Source of the DNA: Desulfobulbus propionicus
GTDB lineage: Bacteria; Desulfobacterota; Dissulfuribacteria; Dissulfuribacterales; DYOW01
DNA length: 44,245 bases
Direction: 5' to 3'
Assembly: GCA_020720325.1 (NCBI GenBank)
Contig: DYOW01000006.1
Location: 1-44,245 of the forward strand
The translations under genes and the position numbers were made by a program. Below are positions 25,895-36,463 of the stretch, in pieces. Each line of letters begins with the position of its first letter. Position 1 is the stretch's first letter. The notes beneath the pieces were generated by a model that was given only the letters and a program-made list of their open reading frames with translations, did not search any database and was not told where the DNA came from.

Positions 25895-28011
25895 TAAAGC
25901 ATGGATACTGGGTCAATATCAAATTCTACCCTGACAGAACCTTTTTTAAATTTTGAAATTTTTGGATAAATCATATCTAATGACCTTAAAAAAAGATTAT
26001 TTGACATGACCTTAATCATAATTTGCCATCTGAAACGATTATCTATCCTGTTAATAGGTGAAGGTGAAGGTCCAAAGAGAGTCATGCTATCATTAAAAAT
26101 ATCCATTTTTTTTATTTTTTCTATTTCAATAAGGGAATCTAAAGCAATTTTTTTTACGGCTGGCTCAGATTTGCCTGAAAACAAAATGAGCAAAATTTTT
26201 TCAAAGGGAGGATAACCATATTTTTTTCTTTTTGTGATTTCAAAATTATAAAAATCATTATAGTTTTGGTTTATGGCAAAATTAATAACCTGATTATTGG
26301 GATTATATGTTTGAATAATTACCTTGCCTGGTTTTTCACCCCTGCCAGATCTGCCTGATACTTGTGAAATTAATTGGAACGCCTTTTCAGAGGCATTAAA
26401 CTCTGGCAAATTAAAGGAAAAATCAGCCATTAAAATGCAAACAAGGGTTAAATTTGGAAAATCATGACCCTTGGTAACCATCTGGGTTCCAATAAGTATA
26501 TCAGTTTCCTTGTTTCTGAATTTATCCAAAACATTTTCAAGCCTGTTTTTTGAAGTAATGACATCCCTGTCCAGTCTGTCAATTATAGCTTTGGGAAAAA
26601 TGCCGGTTAATTCCATCATTATTCTTTCGGTTCCATATCCTGTTGATTTTATAGTAAGGGATTTGCATCTGGGGCAAAGTGGCAGGGATGGTTTTTCATC
26701 GCCGCAATAGTGACACCTGAGAACACCTTCAGTTTCAATATTTTTAATTTTTTTATTTATTGATTTATGCCATGTATAAGTTACAGAACAATTGGAGCAG
26801 GTAAAAACAAATCCGCAGTCTTCACAAAAAATATAAGTGGCAAAACCTCTTTTATTGAGAAAGATTAAAACTTGTTCCTTATTTTCAAGGGTTTCATTTA
26901 TGGAATCATATGTAGTTTGATTAAGCCAGTAAGGTAGGGTATCATTTTTTTCTGAGATGTTTTTTTTATCAACAATAGTTACAGAAGGAAAACCGCCTTT
27001 TCCAATCCGTTTGGTCAGGGAGATTAAAGAATATTTGCCAACTAATACATTATAATTTGAGGAGATTGAAGGAGTGGCAGAGCCAAGTATAACTGTAGCA
27101 TTTTCCTTTTGCGCCCTGACAATTGCAAGATCTCTTGCATTATATCTGAATCCATGATCCTGTTTGTAAGAAGGGTCATGCTCCTCATCAACAATTATTA
27201 GGCCAATATTTTGCATAGGTGTAAAGATAGATGAACGAGTTCCTATTACAATGGAAGTATTTCCTTTTCTTGCGTTGTTCCATGAAGATAATTTCTGGGG
27301 ATTTGTTAAGCCGCTGTGAAATACTGCAACATTATTAAATCTGTTCATAAACCTGCTGACAATCTGAGATGTCATGGCAATTTCAGGAACCATAACAAGA
27401 GCATTTTTTTTTGTTTCAATACATCTTTTTACTGCATTAATATACACTTCTGTTTTGCCGCTTCCAGTTACACCAAAGAGAAGAAAAGGTGAAAATTTTT
27501 TTTTTGAAAGTGTCTGGTCAACCTTCTCAAGGCAAATTTTTTGTTCGTCTGTTAAAAGAGGTGGATTTTCGATCCATTTTATAAAATCAGGTGTGATGTC
27601 CTTTTTTTCTTTATTTTTCTCAAATGATTTTATTATTTTATCGATTGCCTTTTTGGTGGAAGAAAAAACATCAGAGGGGAGAGCTTCCTCAAAGACCATA
27701 CCTAACGGATGGCAATAATATTTTGAAGCCCATTCAATGAAATCCACAAAAGATATCGGAATAATGGGTTTATCATCAATAATATTATAAAGGGTTTTTA
27801 TTTCAATTCCCTGTGAGATGTTATTAATAATTTTAGGGTCAGAAAGTCCAAAAGAAATTCCAACAGCAGGGATCTTTCTGCCTTTTAAAGGGACAAGCAC
27901 ACGGCATCCCTTTTGCGGTATATCTGAGTTTTCGGGAAGTTTATAAATTAAAGGCGCATCAACAGGTATTGGTAAAATTACATTAATATACTTTGAATAG
28001 TTATCCTTCAA
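25894..28011 (-). CDS. priA: Primosomal protein N' helicase
   Basis: GVTGSGKTEVY, VDEEHD, SATPS, four CxxC pairs, GTQMVTKGHDF, QVSGRSGR. Confidence 0.96.
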   Translation of the reverse strand: MKDNYSKYINVILPIPVDAPLIYKLPENSDIPQKGCRVLVPLKGRKIPAVGISFGLSDPKIINNISQGIEIKTLYNIIDDKPIIPISFVDFIEWASKYYCHPLGMVFEEALPSDVFSSTKKAIDKIIKSFEKNKEKKDITPDFIKWIENPPLLTDEQKICLEKVDQTLSKKKFSPFLLFGVTGSGKTEVYINAVKRCIETKKNALVMVPEIAMTSQIVSRFMNRFNNVAVFHSGLTNPQKLSSWNNARKGNTSIVIGTRSSIFTPMQNIGLIIVDEEHDPSYKQDHGFRYNARDLAIVRAQKENATVILGSATPSISSNYNVLVGKYSLISLTKRIGKGGFPSVTIVDKKNISEKNDTLPYWLNQTTYDSINETLENKEQVLIFLNKRGFATYIFCEDCGFVFTCSNCSVTYTWHKSINKKIKNIETEGVLRCHYCGDEKPSLPLCPRCKSLTIKSTGYGTERIMMELTGIFPKAIIDRLDRDVITSKNRLENVLDKFRNKETDILIGTQMVTKGHDFPNLTLVCILMADFSFNLPEFNASEKAFQLISQVSGRSGRGEKPGKVIIQTYNPNNQVINFAINQNYNDFYNFEITKRKKYGYPPFEKILLILFSGKSEPAVKKIALDSLIEIEKIKKMDIFNDSMTLFGPSPSPINRIDNRFRWQIMIKVMSNNLFLRSLDMIYPKISKFKKGSVRVEFDIDPVSML

Positions 28012-28876
28012 TTTGTTTAATCAGATTTTGGAGATATTTTTTGAAACTTGAACCAACTTCAGGATGCGCAAGGGCATATTCAACAGTTGCCTTTAAGTAA
28101 CCAAGCTTATCTCCTGCGTCAAATCTTTTTCCCTGAAATTCATATGCATAAATGGTTCTTTCCTTGCACAGAATATTAAGAGCGTCTGTAAGCTGTATCT
28201 CACCGCCTATTCCAGGTAATGTCCTTGAAAGACAACTGTAAATCTCAGGTCTAAGCACATATCTTCCTATAATTGCAAGATTTGATTTAGTGACGCCTCT
28301 TTTGGGTTTTTCAATAAGTTTTTCAACCTTGTGAAGACCGGGAGCAACCTCAACAGCTTCAACAATACCATACTGATGAGTTTCTTCCTGTGGGACTCTC
28401 TGAACCGCCACTATGGATTCTTCATATTCATCAAATATTTTTAACATCTGATATGCGCATGGAACATCTGAATCCACAAGGTCATCACCAAGAAGAACCG
28501 CAAAGGGTTGATTTCCCACAACAGGTTCAGATGCCTTTACTGCATGACCAAGACCAAGGGGTTCTTTTTGTCTTACTGAAACAAGGTCAATAAGTCTTGA
28601 TATACCTCTTACTTCTCTTAAAAGGTCAAGCTTGCCTTTTTGAGCAAGAAATGTCTCAAGTTCAAAGGAATAGTCAAAATGGTTTTCAATGGCAGATTTA
28701 CCTGCTGCTGTAATAAAGACAATTTCTCTTATTCCTGAGGCAACCACCTCTTCAACGATATATTGAATTGTTGGTCTGTCAACTATAGTTAGCATCTCTT
28801 TGGGAATCGCCTTTGTTGCAGGGAGAAATCTGGTGCCAAGACCAGCAACCGGAAGCACAGCTTTTTTAATTTTCAT
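28001..28876 (-). CDS. galU: UTP--glucose-1-phosphate uridylyltransferase
   Basis: KAVLPVAGLGTRFLPATKAIPKEML, RQKEPLGLGHA, GGEIQLTDAL. Confidence 0.96.
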   Translation of the reverse strand: MKIKKAVLPVAGLGTRFLPATKAIPKEMLTIVDRPTIQYIVEEVVASGIREIVFITAAGKSAIENHFDYSFELETFLAQKGKLDLLREVRGISRLIDLVSVRQKEPLGLGHAVKASEPVVGNQPFAVLLGDDLVDSDVPCAYQMLKIFDEYEESIVAVQRVPQEETHQYGIVEAVEVAPGLHKVEKLIEKPKRGVTKSNLAIIGRYVLRPEIYSCLSRTLPGIGGEIQLTDALNILCKERTIYAYEFQGKRFDAGDKLGYLKATVEYALAHPEVGSSFKKYLQNLIKQIEG

Positions 28877-29040
28877 AAAAACTCCTGATATATTTTTATA
28901 AAATTAACATAAAAATTTTAAATTAATATACCCTTGAAAAAAATTAAAAAAAATTTTTTATAATAAAAAAAGGTTTTTTTCTTGCCTTTTTTAAGAAAAA
29001 ATATAAAAATATAGTGATATAATTATAAAGGGAGTTTCTT

Positions 29041-29964
29041 ATGGCATGTAAAAGTAAAAAATGTAATTCATCATCTGGGATAATGGATAAGATCAAGGGT
29101 TCTATTGTAGCTATTGTCACTCCTTTTAAGGACGGAAAACTTGATGAAGAAGGTTTGAAATCCCTTATAGAATGGCATATTGAGAGCGGAACACACTGTA
29201 TTGTTCCATGTGGAACAACCGGTGAATCAGCGACCTTAAGCTATGAAGAGCATGAAAAGGTGGTTGAAATAACAATAAAGACTGTAAATGGCAGGGCGCC
29301 TGTTATTGCAGGAACAGGTTCAAATTCCACAGAAGAAACAATCATGCTTACAAATCATGCAAAAAAAGCAGGCGCAGACGCAGCCCTTTTAATTACACCA
29401 TATTATAATAAGCCAACCCAGGAAGGTCTTTATCTGCATTTTATAAAAATTGCAGAATCCTGTGAATTTCCAATGATTCTTTATAATGTTCCAAGCAGAA
29501 CAGCTGTGAATATGCTTCCTTCCACTGTTGCAAGATGCGCTCAGAATCAGCATATAATCGGAATCAAAGAGGCGACAGGTGATTTAAAACAGGTTACAGA
29601 GGTGATAAGACAGTGTCCCGAAGACTTTATTGTGCTTTCAGGAGATGATTTTACCGCGCTTCCTTTGATGGCAGTTGGCGGAAAGGGAGTAATCTCTGTT
29701 GCGGCAAATGTTATGCCTTCTGATATGTCAAAGCTTATGGATTTGGCGCTTGCCGGAAAATATAAAGAAGCAAGGGAGATTAACGAAAGGCTTTTCCCTC
29801 TTTATGAATCTTTATTTTTTGAGACAAACCCAACTCCTGCAAAGACAGCATTAAGTCTTATTGGTAAAATATCATCCCCTGAGGTAAGATTACCTTTGGC
29901 TCAGATGTCCGATGCAAATATAGAAAAGTTAAAGAAGGTTATTTCATCTTATAGTTTAATATAA
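29041..29964 (+). CDS. dapA: 4-hydroxy-tetrahydrodipicolinate synthase
   Basis: GTTGES, PYYNKPTQEG, YNVPSRT, IKEATG, SGDD, ETNP; alternative start at 29083. Confidence 0.96.
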   Translation: MACKSKKCNSSSGIMDKIKGSIVAIVTPFKDGKLDEEGLKSLIEWHIESGTHCIVPCGTTGESATLSYEEHEKVVEITIKTVNGRAPVIAGTGSNSTEETIMLTNHAKKAGADAALLITPYYNKPTQEGLYLHFIKIAESCEFPMILYNVPSRTAVNMLPSTVARCAQNQHIIGIKEATGDLKQVTEVIRQCPEDFIVLSGDDFTALPLMAVGGKGVISVAANVMPSDMSKLMDLALAGKYKEAREINERLFPLYESLFFETNPTPAKTALSLIGKISSPEVRLPLAQMSDANIEKLKKVISSYSLI

Positions 29965-29989
29965 TTTATTGAGAAAATTCGGAGGTTTT

Positions 29990-30799
29990 ATGATAAATGC
30001 CATTGTTGCCGGCGCAGGCGGAAGAATGGGAGGGCGGATAATTGCAAATATTCTGGAGACAGAAAGAATCCGGGTTAAAGGCGCGTTTGAACATGCAGCT
30101 CATCCGTTAGTGGGACAGGACGCAGGAATTGTCGCTGTGGGCAAGGAAATAAAAGTAAAGATTTCACCTGATTTAAAATCTGTGATTCACGAAGGTGATG
30201 TAATAATAGATTTTACCCATCCTGATGCATCTTTGGAGCATATAAAAATTGCCCACGAGTTTAAAAAACCCATAGTGGTTGGAACAACAGGCATAACTCC
30301 TGTTCAAATCCAGGATATATCTAAGGTTTTTAAGGATATACCTTGCGTTATAGCCCCTAATATGAGTGTGGGAGTTAATCTTTTATATAAATTAATTGAC
30401 CTTACCACAAGGGTTCTTGGTGATGACTATGACATAGAGATTGTTGAAGCTCATCATAGAATGAAAAAAGATGCTCCAAGCGGCACTGCCCTGCAACTTG
30501 CAAGGGTTGCTGCCAATGCAAGGGGCAAAAGTCTTGAAGAAGTGGGTGTTTATGAAAGAAAAGGCATGATAGGCGAGAGAAAAAAAGGTGAAATAGGTCT
30601 TCAGACTATAAGGTGTGGTGATATTGTGGGAGAACATAATGTTATGTACGCCACAATTGGAGAACGCATAGAGCTGGTTCACAAGGCCTCAAGCAGGGAT
30701 ACCTTTGCAAAGGGAGCCATAAGGGCGGCGTTATGGGTTTATGACAAAGATCCTGGTCTATATAATATGCAGGATGTCTTAGGATTAAAAGATATTTAG
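29990..30799 (+). CDS. dapB: 4-hydroxy-tetrahydrodipicolinate reductase
   Basis: GAGGRMG, IDFT, GTTG, EAHHRMKKDAPSGTA; GGAGG RBS before ATG 29990. Confidence 0.96.
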   Translation: MINAIVAGAGGRMGGRIIANILETERIRVKGAFEHAAHPLVGQDAGIVAVGKEIKVKISPDLKSVIHEGDVIIDFTHPDASLEHIKIAHEFKKPIVVGTTGITPVQIQDISKVFKDIPCVIAPNMSVGVNLLYKLIDLTTRVLGDDYDIEIVEAHHRMKKDAPSGTALQLARVAANARGKSLEEVGVYERKGMIGERKKGEIGLQTIRCGDIVGEHNVMYATIGERIELVHKASSRDTFAKGAIRAALWVYDKDPGLYNMQDVLGLKDI

Positions 30800-30817
30800 A
30801 GTTTTTATGGAGTATTT

Positions 30818-31579
30818 ATGCTTTTAGTAAGATTTCAAACTAAGGAAAAGAAAACACCCCTTTATGGAATTTGGGCAGAAAACCACGTGACAGTGATAGT
30901 TTCAAGCCCATTTGAGGGAATGATTGTGGGGACAAGTGAAAAATATGATGTAAATGACATTGTAATTTTACCTCCGTGCGAACCAACAAAGATTGTCGCT
31001 GTTGGTTTAAATTGTAAAAATCATGCGGCGGAAATAAACATGAAACTTCCAGATGAGCCGTTAATTTTCATAAAACCTCCTTCATCTGTCATCGGCCCGG
31101 AGGATACAGTAAAACTTCCAAAACAAAGCAGTCATGTTGAATATGAGGCTGAACTTGGCATTATAATATCTGAAAGATGCAGAAATGTGTCAGAGGACAA
31201 GGTAAAAAGATATATACTTGGCTATACATGCGCAAATGACATAACCGCAAGGGATCTCCAGAAAAAGGATGGCCAGTGGACCAGGGCAAAGTCATTTGAT
31301 ACTTTTTGTCCTTTAGGTCCATTTATTGCCGATAATATCAATCCCTGTGATGCCAAGATAACCTGCCATGTTAACGGGGAAAAGAGGCAGGATTTTACCA
31401 CCGCAACCCAGAACTTCAATGCCTTTTTTCTTGTAAGCTTTATTTCCCAGATTATGACCCTTGAGCCTGGCGATGTAATTTTAACAGGAACTTCAGTGGG
31501 GGTTGGCAAATTAGATGCGGGAGATGAAGTTATAGTAAACATCAAGGGCATCGGAGAATTAAAAAATAAAATAGCATAG
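30818..31579 (+). CDS. Fumarylacetoacetate hydrolase-family protein
   Basis: KIVAVGLN, FIKP, EYEAEL, NDITARDLQ, KSFDTFCPLGP, PGDVILTGT. Confidence 0.92.
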   Translation: MLLVRFQTKEKKTPLYGIWAENHVTVIVSSPFEGMIVGTSEKYDVNDIVILPPCEPTKIVAVGLNCKNHAAEINMKLPDEPLIFIKPPSSVIGPEDTVKLPKQSSHVEYEAELGIIISERCRNVSEDKVKRYILGYTCANDITARDLQKKDGQWTRAKSFDTFCPLGPFIADNINPCDAKITCHVNGEKRQDFTTATQNFNAFFLVSFISQIMTLEPGDVILTGTSVGVGKLDAGDEVIVNIKGIGELKNKIA

Positions 31580-31596
31580 AAAAAGGGATTTTAAAT

Positions 31597-32760
31597 ATGA
31601 ATTTTGCTAAATCAGACAGGCTGAGCCAATTACCACCGTATTTATTTGTAGAGCTTGACAGGAAAAAGGCAGAGGCAATTTCAAAAGGCGTTGATGTTAT
31701 TGATTTGGGAATTGGCGATCCTGATCTTCCCACACCTGATTTTGTTATTGAAAAAATGATTGAATCCATTAAAAATTCTGAAAATCACAGATATCCTTCG
31801 TCAATGGGTTCAAAAAAATTCAGAAATGCAGCGGCATCATGGTGCAAAAAAAGATTTGGATTGGAATTTGACCTCGAAACACAGGTTGCATGCCTTATTG
31901 GTTCAAAAGAGGGAATAGCGCATTTTCCAATTGCCTTTTTAAATCCAGGCGATGTTGTTCTTGTTCCAACCCCTGGTTATCCTGTTTATCATATCGGGAC
32001 ATTGTTTTGTAATGCGCAGACATATTTTCTCCCGCTTCTCGCAAAGAATAATTTTTTACCTGACCTTGATTCAATACCAGAGGATATTCTAAAAAAGGCA
32101 AAGATTTTATGGCTTAATTATCCCAATAATCCCACCGCAGCCATAGCCCCTGATGAATTTTACAAAAAAGCAATAGAATTTGCACATAAAAACAATATTA
32201 TTATATGCCATGACGCTGCCTACAGTGAAATGACATATGACGGATATGTCGCCAAATCATTTTTTGAATTTGATGGAGCAATGGATGTTGGCATAGAGTT
32301 TCACTCACATTCAAAGACATATAATATGACTGGCTGGAGGATTGGTTTTGCAGTGGGCAACAATGAGCTTATCGCAGGACTAAAACATGCAAAATCCAAT
32401 GTGGATTCAGGGCAGTTTAATGCCGTTCAGGAGGCAGGCATCGCAGCCATGGAAAGCGACGGAACATTTGTAAATGAAATGAAGGCGGTTTACACCAGAA
32501 GAAGGGATGTTTTTGTTAATAGTCTTCGTGATATAGGCCTTAATGCCCCATTTCCAAAGGCAACTTTTTATGTGTGGTGTCCTGTGCCTGAAAATTTTAC
32601 CTCTGCAAGTTTTTCATCTTTTGCGCTTGAAAAGGCTGGCATTGTTTGCACCCCAGGAAATGGTTTTGGCGACCCAGGAGAGGGATATGTAAGATTTGCG
32701 CTTACAGTATCTGAAGCACGTTTAAAAGAGGCTGTGGAAAGGCTTAAAAAAGAGTTTTAA
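31597..32760 (+). CDS. dapL: LL-diaminopimelate aminotransferase
   Basis: LPPYLF, GIGDPD, GSKEGI, NYPNNPT, SKTYNMTGWRIG, KSNVDSG; clustered with dapA and dapB. Confidence 0.85.
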   Translation: MNFAKSDRLSQLPPYLFVELDRKKAEAISKGVDVIDLGIGDPDLPTPDFVIEKMIESIKNSENHRYPSSMGSKKFRNAAASWCKKRFGLEFDLETQVACLIGSKEGIAHFPIAFLNPGDVVLVPTPGYPVYHIGTLFCNAQTYFLPLLAKNNFLPDLDSIPEDILKKAKILWLNYPNNPTAAIAPDEFYKKAIEFAHKNNIIICHDAAYSEMTYDGYVAKSFFEFDGAMDVGIEFHSHSKTYNMTGWRIGFAVGNNELIAGLKHAKSNVDSGQFNAVQEAGIAAMESDGTFVNEMKAVYTRRRDVFVNSLRDIGLNAPFPKATFYVWCPVPENFTSASFSSFALEKAGIVCTPGNGFGDPGEGYVRFALTVSEARLKEAVERLKKEF

Positions 32761-32816
32761 GTCTAAGATTTACAATACGAAATTTTAGGCTTATGATATT
32801 ACTTTTCTTAATTTAA

Positions 32817-33332
32817 TTGTTAAAACAGGTTTTTATAGGCATTGGTTCAAATCTGGGAGACAGATTTGAGAATATCCAAACAGCAATAAAAAAGATAGGT
32901 GAACTTGAGCGAACAAAGGTCTTAAGAGTCTCACCATTTTATGAAACAATTCCTGTGGGATTTGAAAGCGTTAATCTTTTTCTAAATGGCGTTATTGAGA
33001 TAGAAACAGATTTGATTCCATCCCTGCTCCTTGAAAAACTTTTGCTTATTGAAATAAAACTTGGCAGAACCCGAGAGGCTAACCAGGGATATTTTGACCG
33101 TCCCATAGACCTTGACATACTCATTTATGATGACTTAATATTAAAGTCAGAGGAATTAATTATTCCTCATCCTGAAATATCAAAAAGGCTTTTTGTCCTG
33201 ACGCCCCTCAGGGATTTATGTCCTAACCTGATAATTCCGGAATTAAATAAAAATATTAATGAATTATATCTGAAAGCAGTCAATGACAAATCAAATCAGG
33301 ATAAACATCTAAGGATTATTGAAATTGTTTAG
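32817..33332 (+). CDS. folK: 2-amino-4-hydroxy-6-hydroxymethyldihydropteridine diphosphokinase
   Basis: IGIGSNLG, FLNGV, RPIDLDIL, IPHP...RLFVL. Confidence 0.94.
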   Translation: MLKQVFIGIGSNLGDRFENIQTAIKKIGELERTKVLRVSPFYETIPVGFESVNLFLNGVIEIETDLIPSLLLEKLLLIEIKLGRTREANQGYFDRPIDLDILIYDDLILKSEELIIPHPEISKRLFVLTPLRDLCPNLIIPELNKNINELYLKAVNDKSNQDKHLRIIEIV

Positions 33333-33579
33333 AATAATTGTATTTTTTCTGATATTATATCTGTTATATTTAACAGCAAAAAAGCTTATACGGTATTTTT
33401 TTCATATTGAATCACTGGAAAAAGACAAAAAAAATGACAGAAGTGACGGGATAACCGAACTTGTTAAGTGTTCTGTCTGCGAAACATTTATATCAAAAGA
33501 CCTGACAATCAAAGAATATAAAAATAATGAGCTTTATTATTTGTGCAGCAAGGCTTGTCAGGAGAAATTTAAGGGATAA
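33319..33579 (+). CDS. Small membrane-anchored TRASH/YHS-like metal-binding protein
   Basis: N-terminal TM, then CSVC...YYLCSKAC motif. Confidence 0.7.
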   Translation: MKLFRIIVFFLILYLLYLTAKKLIRYFFHIESLEKDKKNDRSDGITELVKCSVCETFISKDLTIKEYKNNELYYLCSKACQEKFKG

Positions 33580-34148
33580 TGCAAAATTTTTTTCATACTA
33601 AATATATGGAAGTTGCAATTGAAATGGCTGGAAATGCCCTTAATGCAGGTAATTTTCCTGTTGGAGCAATAATTGTTGCAAATGATGAAATTGTTGGAAA
33701 GGGTTTTAGAGAAAATGCCTCTGGTGAATCAGACAATGAGCTTGACCACGCTGAAGCGCTTGCTTTAAAGGATTGGTTGAAAAATAAAAGAAAAGGTTAT
33801 GGAACAGAATTAATTGCTTATTCAACGCTTGAGCCATGCCTTATGTGTTTGGGAGCGTTAATAATTAATGGAATTGACACCATAGTTTATGCAGTTGAAG
33901 ACCCTATGGGCGGGGCCTGCGGAAGTGATTTTAATTGTATTAAATCAAACTATCAGGGGCAAGCAAGAGAAGATAATCTTTACATAAACAATAGGCCTGT
34001 TATAATTTCGGGTGTGAGCAGGCTTAGCTCCTTAAAATTATTTCATGAATTTTATAAATCAGGAAAAATTTACCTTAGAGACACTGTTTTGGGAATTTTT
34101 TTGATGAAAGAAGGATCTAAGCTTTGGGGAGAATGGCCTCAATTATAA
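33579..34148 (+). CDS. Zinc-dependent nucleoside deaminase (TadA-like)
   Basis: PVGAIIV, HAE, STLEPCLMC. Confidence 0.88.
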   Translation: MQNFFHTKYMEVAIEMAGNALNAGNFPVGAIIVANDEIVGKGFRENASGESDNELDHAEALALKDWLKNKRKGYGTELIAYSTLEPCLMCLGALIINGIDTIVYAVEDPMGGACGSDFNCIKSNYQGQAREDNLYINNRPVIISGVSRLSSLKLFHEFYKSGKIYLRDTVLGIFLMKEGSKLWGEWPQL

Positions 34149-34201
34149 TATCAAAGACAGCAATATATCTGAAAAAATAAAATTTAAGCGAGTAAAAATT
34201 T

Positions 34202-34777
34202 ATGAAGGTTTTAGCCCTTAACGGCAGCGCAAGAAAAGATGGAAATACTGCCCTGCTTATTCATTACGCATTAACTGAGCTTGAAAAAGAAGGCATTCAA
34301 ACAGAATTAATGCAGCTTGCAGGGGAAGAAATCCGGGGCTGCATGGCTTGTTATAAATGTTTTGAGAAAAAAGACTCCAAATGCTCAATAGTGAAGGATG
34401 TGGTAAATGACATCATAGCAAAAATCATTGAGGCAGACGGGGTAATATTTGGCTCACCAACATATTTTGCAAATGTATCTGCTGAATTAAAGGCAGTAAT
34501 TGACAGGGCAGGCATGGTTGGAAGGGCAAATGAAAAGTTGTATGCGAGAAAGGTGGGCGCTGCGGTGGTTGCTTTGAGACGCGGCGGTGGAATTAATGTT
34601 TTTAATGCCATTAATCAGTTTTTTTTGATAAGCGAGATGATAGTTCCAGGCTCTATTTACTGGAATATGGGATTTGGCAGAAATATCGGCGAGGTGGAAA
34701 AGGATGAAGAGGGAATTAAAACCATGCAGGCGCTTGGAATAAACATGGCATGGCTTTTAAAAAAATTAAATTCGTAA
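34202..34777 (+). CDS. Flavodoxin-fold iron-sulfur flavoprotein (Isf/WrbA-like)
   Basis: NGSARKDGNT, CMACYKC...C, GSPTYF, RRGGG. Confidence 0.9.
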   Translation: MKVLALNGSARKDGNTALLIHYALTELEKEGIQTELMQLAGEEIRGCMACYKCFEKKDSKCSIVKDVVNDIIAKIIEADGVIFGSPTYFANVSAELKAVIDRAGMVGRANEKLYARKVGAAVVALRRGGGINVFNAINQFFLISEMIVPGSIYWNMGFGRNIGEVEKDEEGIKTMQALGINMAWLLKKLNS

Positions 34778-34795
34778 ATTAATTAGGGTTGTCAC

Positions 34796-36463
34796 TTGAT
34801 TCATGAACTGCTTTTAGAAAATTTTGTATTAATAGAAAGGGCTGAGCTTAGTTTTAATAAGGGTCTTATCGCAATAACAGGTGAGACAGGGGCAGGCAAA
34901 TCTCTTTTTATACAGGGAATAAAATTAATTCTTGGTGGAAAATTTGGACAGCAGCACATAAGAAATAACGAAGAATCATCGCAGATTCAAGCTGTTATCC
35001 AAATTGATTTAAATAAAAAAGAGCTTCTTGATGAGCTGGGTATTATTTCCGATAATAATGAGTTAATTATAAGAAGGGCAGTCACAAAAAATGGCAGGAA
35101 TAAAAATGTTCTTTCAGGTTCTCAGATAAGCATTGCTGAGCTTAAAAAAATTACTGAAGATACTGTTTCAATAGCCGGCCAGCATGAACAACAAAACCTG
35201 TTAAAGGAAGAAATGCATCTTCTCTGGCTTGATGCCTATGCAAAGCTAAATGAGAAAAAAGAGGAATATCTAAAAAAATTTAGGCAATGGCAGGAGCTTT
35301 CCCGGGAATTGGACTCAAAACTTAAGAAAAAAAAAGAAACTAAGACATTAATTGAGAAGCTTGAGACAAATGGACAGAAAATTGATGCTGTTTCCCCCAA
35401 AAAAAATGAAGACATAACTTTGGAAGAAAATATCCGGCTCTTAAAATCATCTGCTCAGCTTGTTAATCTGGGTTCTGAATGTTACAAAAACCTTTATGCC
35501 GGCAAGGGTTCTGTTATAGAAAATCTTTATAAGATAAAGCTTGACCTTGAAAAGATGTTATCTATTGACCCAAATCTTAGCAAAACATTTAAAGAACTGG
35601 AAAATGCCCATTTTCTCATTGAGGAAATATCCGATGTCATAAGAGACTATCTTGAAAAACTCCCAAAAGACATTTCTCGTCTTGAGCAATTTGAAGACAG
35701 GTTTTATGCATTAAAGGAGCTAAAAAGGCATTATGGACCAGAATTGGATGATGTCATATCATATCGAATGAGAATTGATTCTGAAATTGAAGCATTAAGA
35801 AAAAATGATGAATTTATAGATGAATTATCAAAAAAAATAGATGTAAAGGAAAAAGCCCTGCTTGATGTTGCGATTTCCATATCAAATATCAGAAAGCAGG
35901 CCGCTCAAAAATTTTCAAAAGAAATTGAAAAATCTATTTCAGAATTAAAGATGAAGGGAACAAGATTTGAAATTCAGGTGATAACCCCTGAAAATCCTGG
36001 TAAAAGTGATCTTACCCCGGATGGTGTTGACAGGGTTCTTTTTCTTTTCAGCGCAAATCCAGGCGCGCCTTTGGGACAATTAAAGGAAATAGCTTCAGGT
36101 GGCGAGCTTTCAAGGGTAATGCTTGCAATACGGGAAATTCTTTCTGAAACAGAGGAAGCAGGAACTATTATATTTGATGAGATAGACGCAGGTTTAAGCG
36201 CAGAGGTTGCGGAACTTGTAGGCTATAAATTAAAAAAGCTTTCAAAAGCCATGCAGGTATTTGTAATCACCCATTTTCCACAGATTGCAGCCCTTGCGGA
36301 CAGTCACTTTATAGTCAAAAAAAACATAGAATCCGGGGAAACCTCTACAGAAATTTATGAGATAACTAATGAAGACAGAAAAAGAGAGGTTGCAAGGATG
36401 CTTGGCGGAATTAGCGAAGAGTCAATGATATTATCAGAAAAACTTTTGCAGAATATTTTATAA
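34796..36463 (+). CDS. recN: DNA repair protein RecN
   Basis: TGETGAGKS, GQHEQ, coiled coil, ASGGELSR, FDEIDAG, ITHFPQIAA. Confidence 0.95.
   Translation: MIHELLLENFVLIERAELSFNKGLIAITGETGAGKSLFIQGIKLILGGKFGQQHIRNNEESSQIQAVIQIDLNKKELLDELGIISDNNELIIRRAVTKNGRNKNVLSGSQISIAELKKITEDTVSIAGQHEQQNLLKEEMHLLWLDAYAKLNEKKEEYLKKFRQWQELSRELDSKLKKKKETKTLIEKLETNGQKIDAVSPKKNEDITLEENIRLLKSSAQLVNLGSECYKNLYAGKGSVIENLYKIKLDLEKMLSIDPNLSKTFKELENAHFLIEEISDVIRDYLEKLPKDISRLEQFEDRFYALKELKRHYGPELDDVISYRMRIDSEIEALRKNDEFIDELSKKIDVKEKALLDVAISISNIRKQAAQKFSKEIEKSISELKMKGTRFEIQVITPENPGKSDLTPDGVDRVLFLFSANPGAPLGQLKEIASGGELSRVMLAIREILSETEEAGTIIFDEIDAGLSAEVAELVGYKLKKLSKAMQVFVITHFPQIAALADSHFIVKKNIESGETSTEIYEITNEDRKREVARMLGGISEESMILSEKLLQNIL

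Noticed and set aside
33579-34148. Assigning the deaminase as tadA or as an anti-phage dCTP deaminase
   Set aside because: Only generic HAE/PCxxC motifs are visible and the context is housekeeping; the substrate cannot be determined.
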